A stretch of 64,000 bases of DNA from Myxococcota bacterium (GTDB lineage Bacteria > Myxococcota_A > UBA9160 > UBA6930). The stretch spans positions 2,848,001 to 2,912,000 of the forward strand of contig OZ245002.1 in NCBI GenBank assembly GCA_965223415.1, read 5' to 3'. Of the stretch, positions 18,198 to 26,454 are shown in pieces. The notes under the pieces are model-generated. The model was given only the letters and a program-made list of their open reading frames with translations, had not been told where the DNA came from and ran no database searches. Each line of letters starts with the position of its first letter. The first letter of the stretch is position 1. The position numbers and the translations under genes are program-made.

Positions 18198-19481
18198 TCA
18201 GCTCTCGTAACGACGCAGCACCAATGCCGCGTTCACGTCGCCGAAGCCGAAGCCCGCCTTCACGAGGGTTCGCAGGTCCGGCGTGTCGAGGGTCTCGTGG
18301 GGAATCGAGGCCGCGTAGGGCTCGATCTCCGGGTGGACGTCCTCGCAGTTGATCGAAGGGTGCACGAAGCCACCGCGCAGCATCTGGATGGCCGCAATGG
18401 ATTCGATCGCGCCGGCGGCGCCGAGGGCGTGCCCGATCATCGACTTGGTCGAGGTGATGGTCGGCAGGTCGTCGGGCTCGCGCTCGAGGGCGGCGGCCCA
18501 GGAGCCGACCTCCTTCGGGTCGGCGCCGGTGGCGGTCAGGTGGCCGCTGATCGCGTCGACCTCGGCCGGCGCTACGCCGCCGTCGTCCAGGGCGCCGCGA
18601 ATGCAGCGGCGCACGCTCTCCGGGTTCGGCGCCGTCATGCTACCGCCCATGCGATGGCCGCCGCAGTTCGTGGCGCCGCCGAGCAGCTCGGCGTGGATGG
18701 TCGCGCCCCGCTCCTGGGCGCTCTCGAGGCTCTCGAGCACGACCATTCCCGCCCCGGCGCCGGGGATGAAGCCACCGGCCGAGGCGCTCATGGGCCGGGA
18801 GGCCTTCTCGGGCTCGTCGTTGAAGCCGCGACAGAGCACGCGCATCGCGTCGAAGCCCGCCCAGATGTAGATGCTCGCACCCTCGACTCCGCCGCAGACC
18901 ATGCGCTTCGCCAGCCCGCGCCGGATGCGATCGAAGCCCATCACGATCGCCTCGACGCCGGTGGCGCAGGCGGTGGAGTTCGTCGTGACGGAGCCTCCCA
19001 GGGCGAGGATGCCGGAGACCCGCGCCGAGACGCCGCTGGCCATCACCTGCTCCACCCCCGTGGAGCCGATCCGTCGGACCTTCTTCGCCTCCACCAGCGG
19101 CACGACGCGCTCGGCCATGGTGTCGATGCCGCCCACCCCGGTGCCGATCACGGCGCCGGTGTCCCAGTCGACCGCGTCGTCCGCCGCGTCGGGCACGGCG
19201 AAGCCCGCGTCCTGCCACGCCTCGACCGACGCCAGGGCGGCGAAGCGATGGGAGCTGTTCATGGCCAGCTGGAGCTCCTCGTCGAAGGTCGCGGCGACGA
19301 GCTCGTCGGTGCCTTGGGGTGCCCCGGAGACGTGACAGGCCAGCTTCGCCTCGATCATCGTCTCATCGACCCGCAGGCCGCTCTTGCCCTTGCGCAGGGC
19401 GAGCTCGAACTCCCGCGCCCCGTTGCCGTTCGGCGCCACGACGCCCAGGCCCGTGACGACCACCCGATGACGTTCACTCAT
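18198..19481 (-). CDS. Beta-ketoacyl-ACP synthase (FabF/FabB family)
   Basis: RVVVTGLG, TACATG (Cys), SGHLTAT (His), KSMIGHALGAAG (His), GFGFG; ATGA overlap with fabZ-like gene. Confidence 0.92.
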   Translation of the reverse strand: MSERHRVVVTGLGVVAPNGNGAREFELALRKGKSGLRVDETMIEAKLACHVSGAPQGTDELVAATFDEELQLAMNSSHRFAALASVEAWQDAGFAVPDAADDAVDWDTGAVIGTGVGGIDTMAERVVPLVEAKKVRRIGSTGVEQVMASGVSARVSGILALGGSVTTNSTACATGVEAIVMGFDRIRRGLAKRMVCGGVEGASIYIWAGFDAMRVLCRGFNDEPEKASRPMSASAGGFIPGAGAGMVVLESLESAQERGATIHAELLGGATNCGGHRMGGSMTAPNPESVRRCIRGALDDGGVAPAEVDAISGHLTATGADPKEVGSWAAALEREPDDLPTITSTKSMIGHALGAAGAIESIAAIQMLRGGFVHPSINCEDVHPEIEPYAASIPHETLDTPDLRTLVKAGFGFGDVNAALVLRRYES

Positions 19482-19939
19482 TTCGGCACTCCGATGCCGG
19501 CGAGCTGGCCCGAGCACACGACCGTGCCGTCCTCGAGCCGCATCTCGACCTCGGCCTTCAGCTTCTTACGCCGCCAGAAGACCGGCTTCGTGAGCGTGAG
19601 CGTACGGTCTCCGGGCCGCACCATGCCCGAGTATTCGACGTTGCATTCGGTAAAGATCGTGTGAAATTTTGCCGCCTCGTCCTCACCGAAGTCGCGATAG
19701 GTGAGGTACATGGCGTACGGCACCATCCCGCACTGGGCCATCGACTCCACCAGCAGCACACCCGGCGTGACCGGATCGCCCGGGAAGTGGCCCTTGTAGA
19801 AGTCGCTCTCGGGATCCCAGCGGTAAGCGGAGAGGATGTGCTCGTCGTCCATCTCGAGGATCTCGTCGATGAACCGGAAGGGGTGCTGCTGGGGGATCAG
19901 CGCCAGTGCCTCCGCAGGAGTGAGGATCCTACCCGCCAT
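19478..19939 (-). CDS. fabZ: 3-hydroxyacyl-ACP dehydratase (FabZ/FabA hot-dog family)
   Basis: [31 protein letters not shown]. Confidence 0.85.
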   Translation of the reverse strand: MAGRILTPAEALALIPQQHPFRFIDEILEMDDEHILSAYRWDPESDFYKGHFPGDPVTPGVLLVESMAQCGMVPYAMYLTYRDFGEDEAAKFHTIFTECNVEYSGMVRPGDRTLTLTKPVFWRRKKLKAEVEMRLEDGTVVCSGQLAGIGVPK

Positions 19940-20660
19940 ACATGCCTCCGTTCACGTGGAGGACGGTTCCGTTCACGTAGGTCGCCCGGGTCGCGAGCCA
20001 GGCGACGGCATCGGCCACCTCCTCCGGCGCACCCATGCGACCCTGCGGGATCTTGTCGAGAATGCCCTGCCGGATCTCGTCCGGCAGCTGGTCGGTCATC
20101 TCGGTGGCGATGAAGCCCGGCGCCACCGAGTTGACCAGGATCGGTCGGCCCGCCAGCTCCTGGGCGATCGACTTGGTGAACGCGTCGAGCCCTGCCTTCA
20201 CCATCGTGTAGGCGGACTGGCCGCGGTTGCCCGTGTGCCCCACGACGCTCGAGATGTTGACGATGCGGCCGGACTTCTGACGCAGCATGAAACGGCGGAT
20301 CACACACTTGGTGAGGTACCAGGTGCCCCGCGCCATCGCGGCCACGGCGTCGTAGTCCTCGAGCTTCATCGCCGGGAGCGGCGCGTTGCGGTTGTAGCCG
20401 GCGTTGTTCACGAGCACGTCCACCCGGCCGGCCCGCTCCTTCAGCTCGGCGACCAGGCCGTCCACCTCCTCCGGGACGGTGATGTCGGCGCGCACAAGGA
20501 AGGCATCGGGCAGCTTCTCCGCCACCTCCTTCGCCTGGGCCTCGCTGGAGCGGTAGTGCACCGCCACGCGAAAGCCCTCGTCGGCCAGGACCCGGGCGCA
20601 GGCCGCACCGATGCCCGTCCCGGCGCCGGTGACCAGGGCGATCTTCGTCTCGTCGCTCAC
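19929..20660 (-). CDS. fabG: 3-oxoacyl-ACP reductase
   Basis: TGAGTGIG, NNAG, ISSVVG, YTMVK, VAPGFIATEMT, VNGGM; GTG overlaps fabH stop. Confidence 0.88.
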   Translation of the reverse strand: MSDETKIALVTGAGTGIGAACARVLADEGFRVAVHYRSSEAQAKEVAEKLPDAFLVRADITVPEEVDGLVAELKERAGRVDVLVNNAGYNRNAPLPAMKLEDYDAVAAMARGTWYLTKCVIRRFMLRQKSGRIVNISSVVGHTGNRGQSAYTMVKAGLDAFTKSIAQELAGRPILVNSVAPGFIATEMTDQLPDEIRQGILDKIPQGRMGAPEEVADAVAWLATRATYVNGTVLHVNGGMYGG

Positions 20661-21652
20661 GATCCCTCCTCGAAGCGGAGCAGGGCGCGACCCCAGGTGA
20701 GGCCGCCGCCCACGGCGACCATGGCGACGTCGTCGCGGGGACCGAACTTCTCCCAGCTCATGGAGACGGCCGCGGGGCAGCTGGCCGAGCCCGTGTTGCC
20801 GCGCAGCTCGACGTTGTGGTGGTGCCGGTCGGGGGCCACGTCGCAGCGCTGGCACACCTGCTCGAGCACCCGCATGTTGGCCTGGTGGCCGGCAAAGTGC
20901 AGATCGCGGCTCGCGTCGGTGAACTCCGCCTTCAGCTCCTCGAGGCCGTCGCGGGTCTTCTTGATGGCGAACATCTGCACCGCGCGGCCGTCCTGCTCGA
21001 AGAAGTCGGTGCGCGGGATCGTCACCTTGTCCGCGTTGCCCGGGTTCGAGTCCATGGCGACGCCGAGCAGACGGGCGGGCCCTGGCACGCGCGGTGAGAG
21101 CACGGCGGCGGCGGAGCCGTCGCCGAAGAGGACCGCGCTCGCCCGATCCTCGTAGCTCAGGGTCTTCGTCAGGGACTCGTTCGCGATGGCCAGCACGAAG
21201 TCCGGCAGGGCGTCCGAACGCATCGAGGCGACGAACCACAGCTGGGCCAGGAAGCTCGTGCACGCGGAGTTCACGTCGAAGACCGGCGCTTCGATCCCGA
21301 GCTCCTTGGCGACGAAGCCTGCCTCGGCGGGACACACCAGGTCCGGGGACGAGCTACCGGAGAGCACCATGCCCACCTGCTCGGGGCCGATGCCCGCGCG
21401 CTGCATGGCGAGCCGCGCCGAGCGAGCGCCGAGCTGCCAGCTCGTGAGCTCCGCCGCCTCGTCGGCGGCGCGCAGATCCCGGTTCCGGGTCTCGCGGATG
21501 TAGTCGAGGGACAGGACCGTGCGCCGGGAGCGGATCCCGACCCGCTCGACGATCCAGTCGTCGTTCGTCCCGATGTCGAGCTCCTCGAGGAAGCCGTTCG
21601 AGATCTCGTTCTCGGGATGGAAGTGTCCGAACCCGTGGACCCACACGTTCAC
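20657..21652 (-). CDS. fabH: Beta-ketoacyl-ACP synthase III family protein
   Basis: WIVERVGIRSRR, Cys-His-Asn triad (NSACTSF, HQAN, GNTGSAS), LFGDGS, GGGLTWG. Confidence 0.88.
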   Translation of the reverse strand: MNVWVHGFGHFHPENEISNGFLEELDIGTNDDWIVERVGIRSRRTVLSLDYIRETRNRDLRAADEAAELTSWQLGARSARLAMQRAGIGPEQVGMVLSGSSSPDLVCPAEAGFVAKELGIEAPVFDVNSACTSFLAQLWFVASMRSDALPDFVLAIANESLTKTLSYEDRASAVLFGDGSAAAVLSPRVPGPARLLGVAMDSNPGNADKVTIPRTDFFEQDGRAVQMFAIKKTRDGLEELKAEFTDASRDLHFAGHQANMRVLEQVCQRCDVAPDRHHHNVELRGNTGSASCPAAVSMSWEKFGPRDDVAMVAVGGGLTWGRALLRFEEGS

Positions 21653-22605
21653 GCGGTGCCTCCGGAGATGTGCTCGCCGCCGTCGATGCGGATCACCTCG
21701 CCGTTGATCCAGGCGGCCTCGGGCTGACACATCAGGTAGACCACGTTGGCCACGTCCTGGGGCGTCGTGAGCCGGCGGTAGGGGTTGCGAAGCCGGGCAT
21801 GGGCGCGCATGTGCGCGTCGCCGGGAATCGCGGCCTGGGCCGGGGTGTGGGTCACGCCGGGCTGGAGCACGTTGCAGCGCACGCCGTAGGCCGCGTACTC
21901 CACCGCCACCGACCGTGCGACCGACTCGAGAGCCACCTTGGCCGCCGCCACCGCAGCGTAGCCCTTCCACGCCGTGACGTTGCCTTCACTCGTCAGCCCG
22001 AAGACCCGCGCGTCGTCGGCGAAGAGCTGCCGTTCGTGCAGCGCCTGCACCCAGTCGATCAGGCTCGTGCCCATGCTGTGGATGGTGCGGGTGAAGTCCT
22101 CGCTGTCTAGGTACCAGCGGTCGGAGTACTCGGGAGCCGAGGCGATCTCCGCCATCTCGTCGACGCCGTCCTCGAAGAGCCGGTCCGCCGCCTCGCGCAG
22201 CTTCGCCTCGTCCACGCCCAGGGCTTCCGCCAGCCGCGCCGTCGCGGGATTCGGCGGTTTTCGCTCGGGGACCAGCAGCTTCAGGTTCCCGAAGGCGATC
22301 GAGTGGAGGAGCATGCGCACGCGCCCGGTCTCGCCCATGGCGGAGGCCAGCTCTGCGATCAGCTCCGCCTGCTTCTCGGCGGAGAGAGCGTCGGCGTTGC
22401 GCGCGACCAGCTGCACGCCGTGGCCGCGGATCTTCTCGAACTCGGGCTCGATGCGCGCCATTGCGCCACGGCGATCGCGATGGATCACGCACAGGTTCAT
22501 GCCGTGGGCGGCGAGCTTCTGGGCTGTCGCCAGGCCGAAGCCGCTCGATCCGCCGAGGATCACTCCCCAGTCGTCGGCGCTGAACTGGTTTTCGGGATTG
22601 CTCAC
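21649..22605 (-). CDS. Enoyl-ACP reductase-like SDR (FabI/FabL type)
   Basis: GGSSGFG, LLHSIAF, Y-X6-K motif YAAVAAAK, INGEVIRIDGG; AGGAGG RBS. Confidence 0.78.
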   Translation of the reverse strand: MSNPENQFSADDWGVILGGSSGFGLATAQKLAAHGMNLCVIHRDRRGAMARIEPEFEKIRGHGVQLVARNADALSAEKQAELIAELASAMGETGRVRMLLHSIAFGNLKLLVPERKPPNPATARLAEALGVDEAKLREAADRLFEDGVDEMAEIASAPEYSDRWYLDSEDFTRTIHSMGTSLIDWVQALHERQLFADDARVFGLTSEGNVTAWKGYAAVAAAKVALESVARSVAVEYAAYGVRCNVLQPGVTHTPAQAAIPGDAHMRAHARLRNPYRRLTTPQDVANVVYLMCQPEAAWINGEVIRIDGGEHISGGTA

Positions 22606-22651
22606 CCCATTCCTCCTGAGCTGGAACCGGAGTCGCGTCGCGCGCCGAACC

Positions 22652-22720
22652 TAACGCATTGCGTTATCGGCGTCATGACTGCCGGTCACCCCCTCCGGCC
22701 AGGAGGATGACTGAGAGTCA
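22652..22720. promoter_or_regulatory. Operator-like palindromes upstream of the lipid operon
   Basis: TAACGCA-t-TGCGTTA at 22652-22666; TGACT-N3-GGTCA at 22676-22688; TGACT-N3-AGTCA at 22708-22720. Confidence 0.5.
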
Positions 22721-22886
22721 ATCGATGTCAACGGCGCTTCGGTGACTCCTCGCAGACCGATCGAGCAAGCCGTGTGCCGCTCTTCACGAATGCGAACTCA
22801 TCCCCTCCAAGTACCGGATTCTAGGCACCTTTCCGTGATGCCGGTATGAATGCCGTCCCCACGGGACCCCGACGTTCCATGCAGGC

Positions 22887-23657
22887 TCAGCCCATCCAGG
22901 CGCCATTGTTCGGATCGAGGGCCTGGCCGGTGAATCCGACGCCGGCCGGCGAGAGCAGGAAGGCCACCAGACCGGCGATCTCCTGGGGCTCGCTGATGCG
23001 CTGGAGGGGCACGTCGTCGAGCAGCTGCCGGCGCATGTCCGCATAGGGCCGCCCCTCCAGGTCGCCGAGCTCGGTCATTCGGTCCACCGCCATCCGGGTC
23101 TCCACCCAGCCGGGACAGATCGCGTTGACCCGCACCTGCTTCGGCGCGAGCTCCGCGGCCAGGGAACGCACGAGGCCGAGCTGGCCGGCCTTCGCTGCGC
23201 TGTAGGCGGAGATGCCGGGGACGCCGAAGCGCGCCACGCACGACGAGATCACGATCGCGTGCTTCGGCCCGTCGCCGGGCGCCAGGTGGTCCTCGAAGGC
23301 GCGAAGCGTGAAGTAGGCGCCGTCGAGGTTCGTGCGCACGATCGCGTCCCAGCGGTCCTCCCCGCCGTCGACGTCGTTGGGGCCACCGATGCCCGCGTTG
23401 GCCACCACGGCATGGAGCGGGCCGAGCTGCTCGCGGATGGCGGCGAAGGCCGCGTCGACGGCGCCGCGGTCCGCGACGTCGGCGGGAGCGACGAAGGCCG
23501 CGCCCTTCGCCTCGGCGGCCACCGCCTCGAGAGTCGCCCGGGTCCGCCCGATCAGGCCGAGCGCCGCGCCGTCCGCTGCGAGCCGGAGGGCGATGGCCCG
23601 ACCGATGCCGCTTCCGGCGCCGGTCACCACCGCCACCCGCCCGCGCTGGTCGACCAT
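22887..23657 (-). CDS. SDR family oxidoreductase
   Basis: TGAGSGIG, ANAG, YSAAK, NAICPGWVET. Confidence 0.9.
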   Translation of the reverse strand: MVDQRGRVAVVTGAGSGIGRAIALRLAADGAALGLIGRTRATLEAVAAEAKGAAFVAPADVADRGAVDAAFAAIREQLGPLHAVVANAGIGGPNDVDGGEDRWDAIVRTNLDGAYFTLRAFEDHLAPGDGPKHAIVISSCVARFGVPGISAYSAAKAGQLGLVRSLAAELAPKQVRVNAICPGWVETRMAVDRMTELGDLEGRPYADMRRQLLDDVPLQRISEPQEIAGLVAFLLSPAGVGFTGQALDPNNGAWMG

Positions 23658-23666
23658 GAGGCGAGG

Positions 23667-26441
23667 TTAGCCCGCATCCTCCGGGAGACCGACCTCGGCG
23701 AGGACGGAGACGAGCTCGGTGGAGCGCACCACCCGCACCTCGCAGCCGGGCGGTACCGCCTCGTTCAGCCTCGCGAAGTAGCGCTTCTCCGAGCGGCCCT
23801 CGACGATGACGACGATGCCCCGGTCCTCCTCGGTGCGGATCAAGCGGCCGGCCATCTGCTTCAGATTCAGCAGCATCTTGCCCAGCGACGACTTCTGGAA
23901 GGGCGAGATGCCGCGGGCCTTGAGCCGCTGCTCCCGGCGCTGGCGCAGCTCGGTCGGCACCTCGAAGGGCAGCTTCTCGATCACCACCGCCTGCAGCGCG
24001 TCGCCGGGGATGTCGATGCCCTGCCAGAAACGCCGGGCGCCGAGCAGCACCGCGGCACCGTTCGCGAAACGGCTCACCAGAGCGGCCGGGTCGTCGGAGC
24101 CGCGGCGCGGCGTGATCACGTCGATGCCCTCGGGACGCAGGCGCGCCGAGAGCTCGTCGCCCACCTCGTTCATGCGCTTCAGGCTGGTGAAGAGGCCGAG
24201 GCAACGACCGCCGAGCTCCTTGGCCAGGATCTCCAGGACGAGGGAGGTCTCGGCGACCAGATCCTGACCGCCGCGCATGGCGACCACGCGCATGTGTCGG
24301 TCGTAGGGGAACGGGCTGGGCACCGAGCCGCGCTGCAGGCGCTCTCCGGCCCGCTCCTCCAGCTCGAGCTCGCCCAGGGAGGCGAACGCGTCGCCTTCGA
24401 CGAACAGGCTCGCCGAGACGCCGGCAAAGGAGCGCAGCTCGTCCATCAACCCGGCGTGGAACGGAACGGCCGGCGAGACCTGACGCACGACCAGGCGCCA
24501 GCGATCGAAGGGCGGCAACACGCCTTCGAAGGCGGAGACGGAATCGGGCTGGGCCTCGTCGAAGGCGAGGCGCAGCCCGTGGGCCGACTGACGGAGGTCG
24601 TCGACGGCGCGCTCGAGCGCCGGCTCCGGCTCCTCCTCCATGGGAACGCGGTCGACAATCGCATCGAGGCGGTCCGCGGTGGTCGCGGCGACACGGCGTG
24701 CGGCCGCGAACTCGTCACCGGGGCTCTCGGGGATCTGCACCTCCCCGAATTCCCCGGCCAGCTCGGAGACGGCGCGGCCCAGGGCGCGGAAGTCCTGGTC
24801 GAGCTCGCGGCGCCAGGCCCGGGAGTCCTTGTCGAGGCGCGAGCGGGCCGCGCGAGCCAGGAGCGACTCGCCGCGCCGCTGCCGCGGTCCGACCGGCCGG
24901 CCGAAGATCTCGTCGAGGCGCTCGAGAGCCGCCTCCGGCCTCACCTCGAGGGCATAGGCCTCGTCCGCCACGAGGGCCAGCTCGTGGGCCTCGTCGGCGA
25001 TGACGTGCTGGAACTTCGGGTAGTCCGGCGGCCAGCGCAGCAGGAGGTCGTGGTTGGCGATGACGAGGTGGGCCTTGGCCAGGGCGGCGCGGCGCCGCCC
25101 GAAGGGGCAATCGCGCGCCTTCGCGCACTGCTCGCGCGTGCACTGGTCGGCGCGGGCGGCCACCGAGCGGCGCAGCAGGTCGCGCAAGGGGCCGTATCGG
25201 CGGAGCAGCGCCGCGGGCACGGCGCCGATCTCGCCGTAGCGACGCGTGCGCGCGCAGGCCTCGAGCACGGCGTAGGCGAGGCGGTCCTCGGGGAAGATGC
25301 TCTGCTCGCGCCCCTCGGCCAGCGCCACCTGGAGCCGGCGGGCGCAGGCATAGTTCGCTCGCCCTTTGATCGAGAGGGCCTGGAGGTCCGGGTAGCCGAG
25401 GAAGCGCGCGGTGGCGCCGATGTCGCGCTCGAGCAGCTGGTCCTGCAGGAGCTTGGTGCGGGTCGAGACGACGATCGGCATGCCCTCGCCGCGCTCGAGG
25501 GCGAAGGGGATCGCCGCGGCCAGGTAGGCGAGGGACTTGCCGACGCCGGTACCGCCTTCGATCAGCAGCACCTCGTCGTCGCCCAGGTTGCGGGCGAAGC
25601 GGCGGGCGAGCTCGGTCTGCTCCGGACGCACGCGGTAGCCGGGGAAATGGCGGAGCCCGCGGGCCTCGTCGGCCAGGGCGGCGGCGATCGCGTCCTCGTC
25701 GAAGGGCACCCGCGGCTCGTCGGTCCCGCCGATCGGCACATAGGCGGAGGTCTCCTCCTCGGCCGCTCCGTCCGTCGCCAGCGGCTTCTCGAGCAGGCCG
25801 AGCCACGGTGAGTCCGGCGCATAGGCCTCGAGGGCGCGGCGCGCCGTCGCATAACGAAGCTCTCCGCGCAGGGCGCCGCGGCCCGCCTGGGACATGACCC
25901 GCGCCGTGTCGAGGGCGTCGTCGAGGGCTCGGTGCTTCTCCTCCGTGTCCATCAGCATCCGGGTGAAGGACTCGAGGCGCAGGTCCGGCGCGTCCGGGTG
26001 GGTCAGGGCGAGGAGGTCGAGGGTGTCGAGGTAGTGGGCGTCGGCCAGGCCGGCGTGGAGCTGTCGCGAGAGGAAGGCGCGCTCGAACTCGGCGTTGTGG
26101 GCGACGATCGTGCGGCCGGCCAACGCCTCCGCGAAGGCGGGGGCGACCTCCGCCAGGGGCGGTGCGCTCTCGACGTCGGCGTCGTCGAGACCCGTGAGCC
26201 GCTTCACCGCCCGCGGCAGCGGGCCCCGCGGCTTCACCAGGGCCTGGAGGGTCTCGACCGACGACGGGTCGCTCCCGACCAGGAGCACCCCGAGCTCGAG
26301 GATCTCGGCCTCCGGGTCGTCCATCAGGCCGGTGGTCTCGAGGTCGACCACCGCCAGGGGACCGACACGCCCGGCGAAGCGGGCGAGCACGGCTCCGTCG
26401 AGTCCGATCTCCGCGGGCGCGGCCCCCCGCCGCCTGGTCAC
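23667..26441 (-). CDS. dinG: DnaQ-type 3'-5' exonuclease fused to DinG-family helicase
   Basis: DLETTG, AHNAEFE, HRALDDA; Walker A GGTGVGKS, DEAH, Fe-S-like cysteines (YAC...CTREQC...DCPF), FWQGID, QMAGRLIR. Confidence 0.85.
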   Translation of the reverse strand: MTRRRGAAPAEIGLDGAVLARFAGRVGPLAVVDLETTGLMDDPEAEILELGVLLVGSDPSSVETLQALVKPRGPLPRAVKRLTGLDDADVESAPPLAEVAPAFAEALAGRTIVAHNAEFERAFLSRQLHAGLADAHYLDTLDLLALTHPDAPDLRLESFTRMLMDTEEKHRALDDALDTARVMSQAGRGALRGELRYATARRALEAYAPDSPWLGLLEKPLATDGAAEEETSAYVPIGGTDEPRVPFDEDAIAAALADEARGLRHFPGYRVRPEQTELARRFARNLGDDEVLLIEGGTGVGKSLAYLAAAIPFALERGEGMPIVVSTRTKLLQDQLLERDIGATARFLGYPDLQALSIKGRANYACARRLQVALAEGREQSIFPEDRLAYAVLEACARTRRYGEIGAVPAALLRRYGPLRDLLRRSVAARADQCTREQCAKARDCPFGRRRAALAKAHLVIANHDLLLRWPPDYPKFQHVIADEAHELALVADEAYALEVRPEAALERLDEIFGRPVGPRQRRGESLLARAARSRLDKDSRAWRRELDQDFRALGRAVSELAGEFGEVQIPESPGDEFAAARRVAATTADRLDAIVDRVPMEEEPEPALERAVDDLRQSAHGLRLAFDEAQPDSVSAFEGVLPPFDRWRLVVRQVSPAVPFHAGLMDELRSFAGVSASLFVEGDAFASLGELELEERAGERLQRGSVPSPFPYDRHMRVVAMRGGQDLVAETSLVLEILAKELGGRCLGLFTSLKRMNEVGDELSARLRPEGIDVITPRRGSDDPAALVSRFANGAAVLLGARRFWQGIDIPGDALQAVVIEKLPFEVPTELRQRREQRLKARGISPFQKSSLGKMLLNLKQMAGRLIRTEEDRGIVVIVEGRSEKRYFARLNEAVPPGCEVRVVRSTELVSVLAEVGLPEDAG

Positions 26442-26454
26442 ACCGGGACCCCCG

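Noticed and set aside
23667..26441. DinG as a type IV CRISPR or defence helicase
   Set aside because: No cas or defence neighbours; the DnaQ-DinG fusion is a known repair-type architecture in housekeeping context
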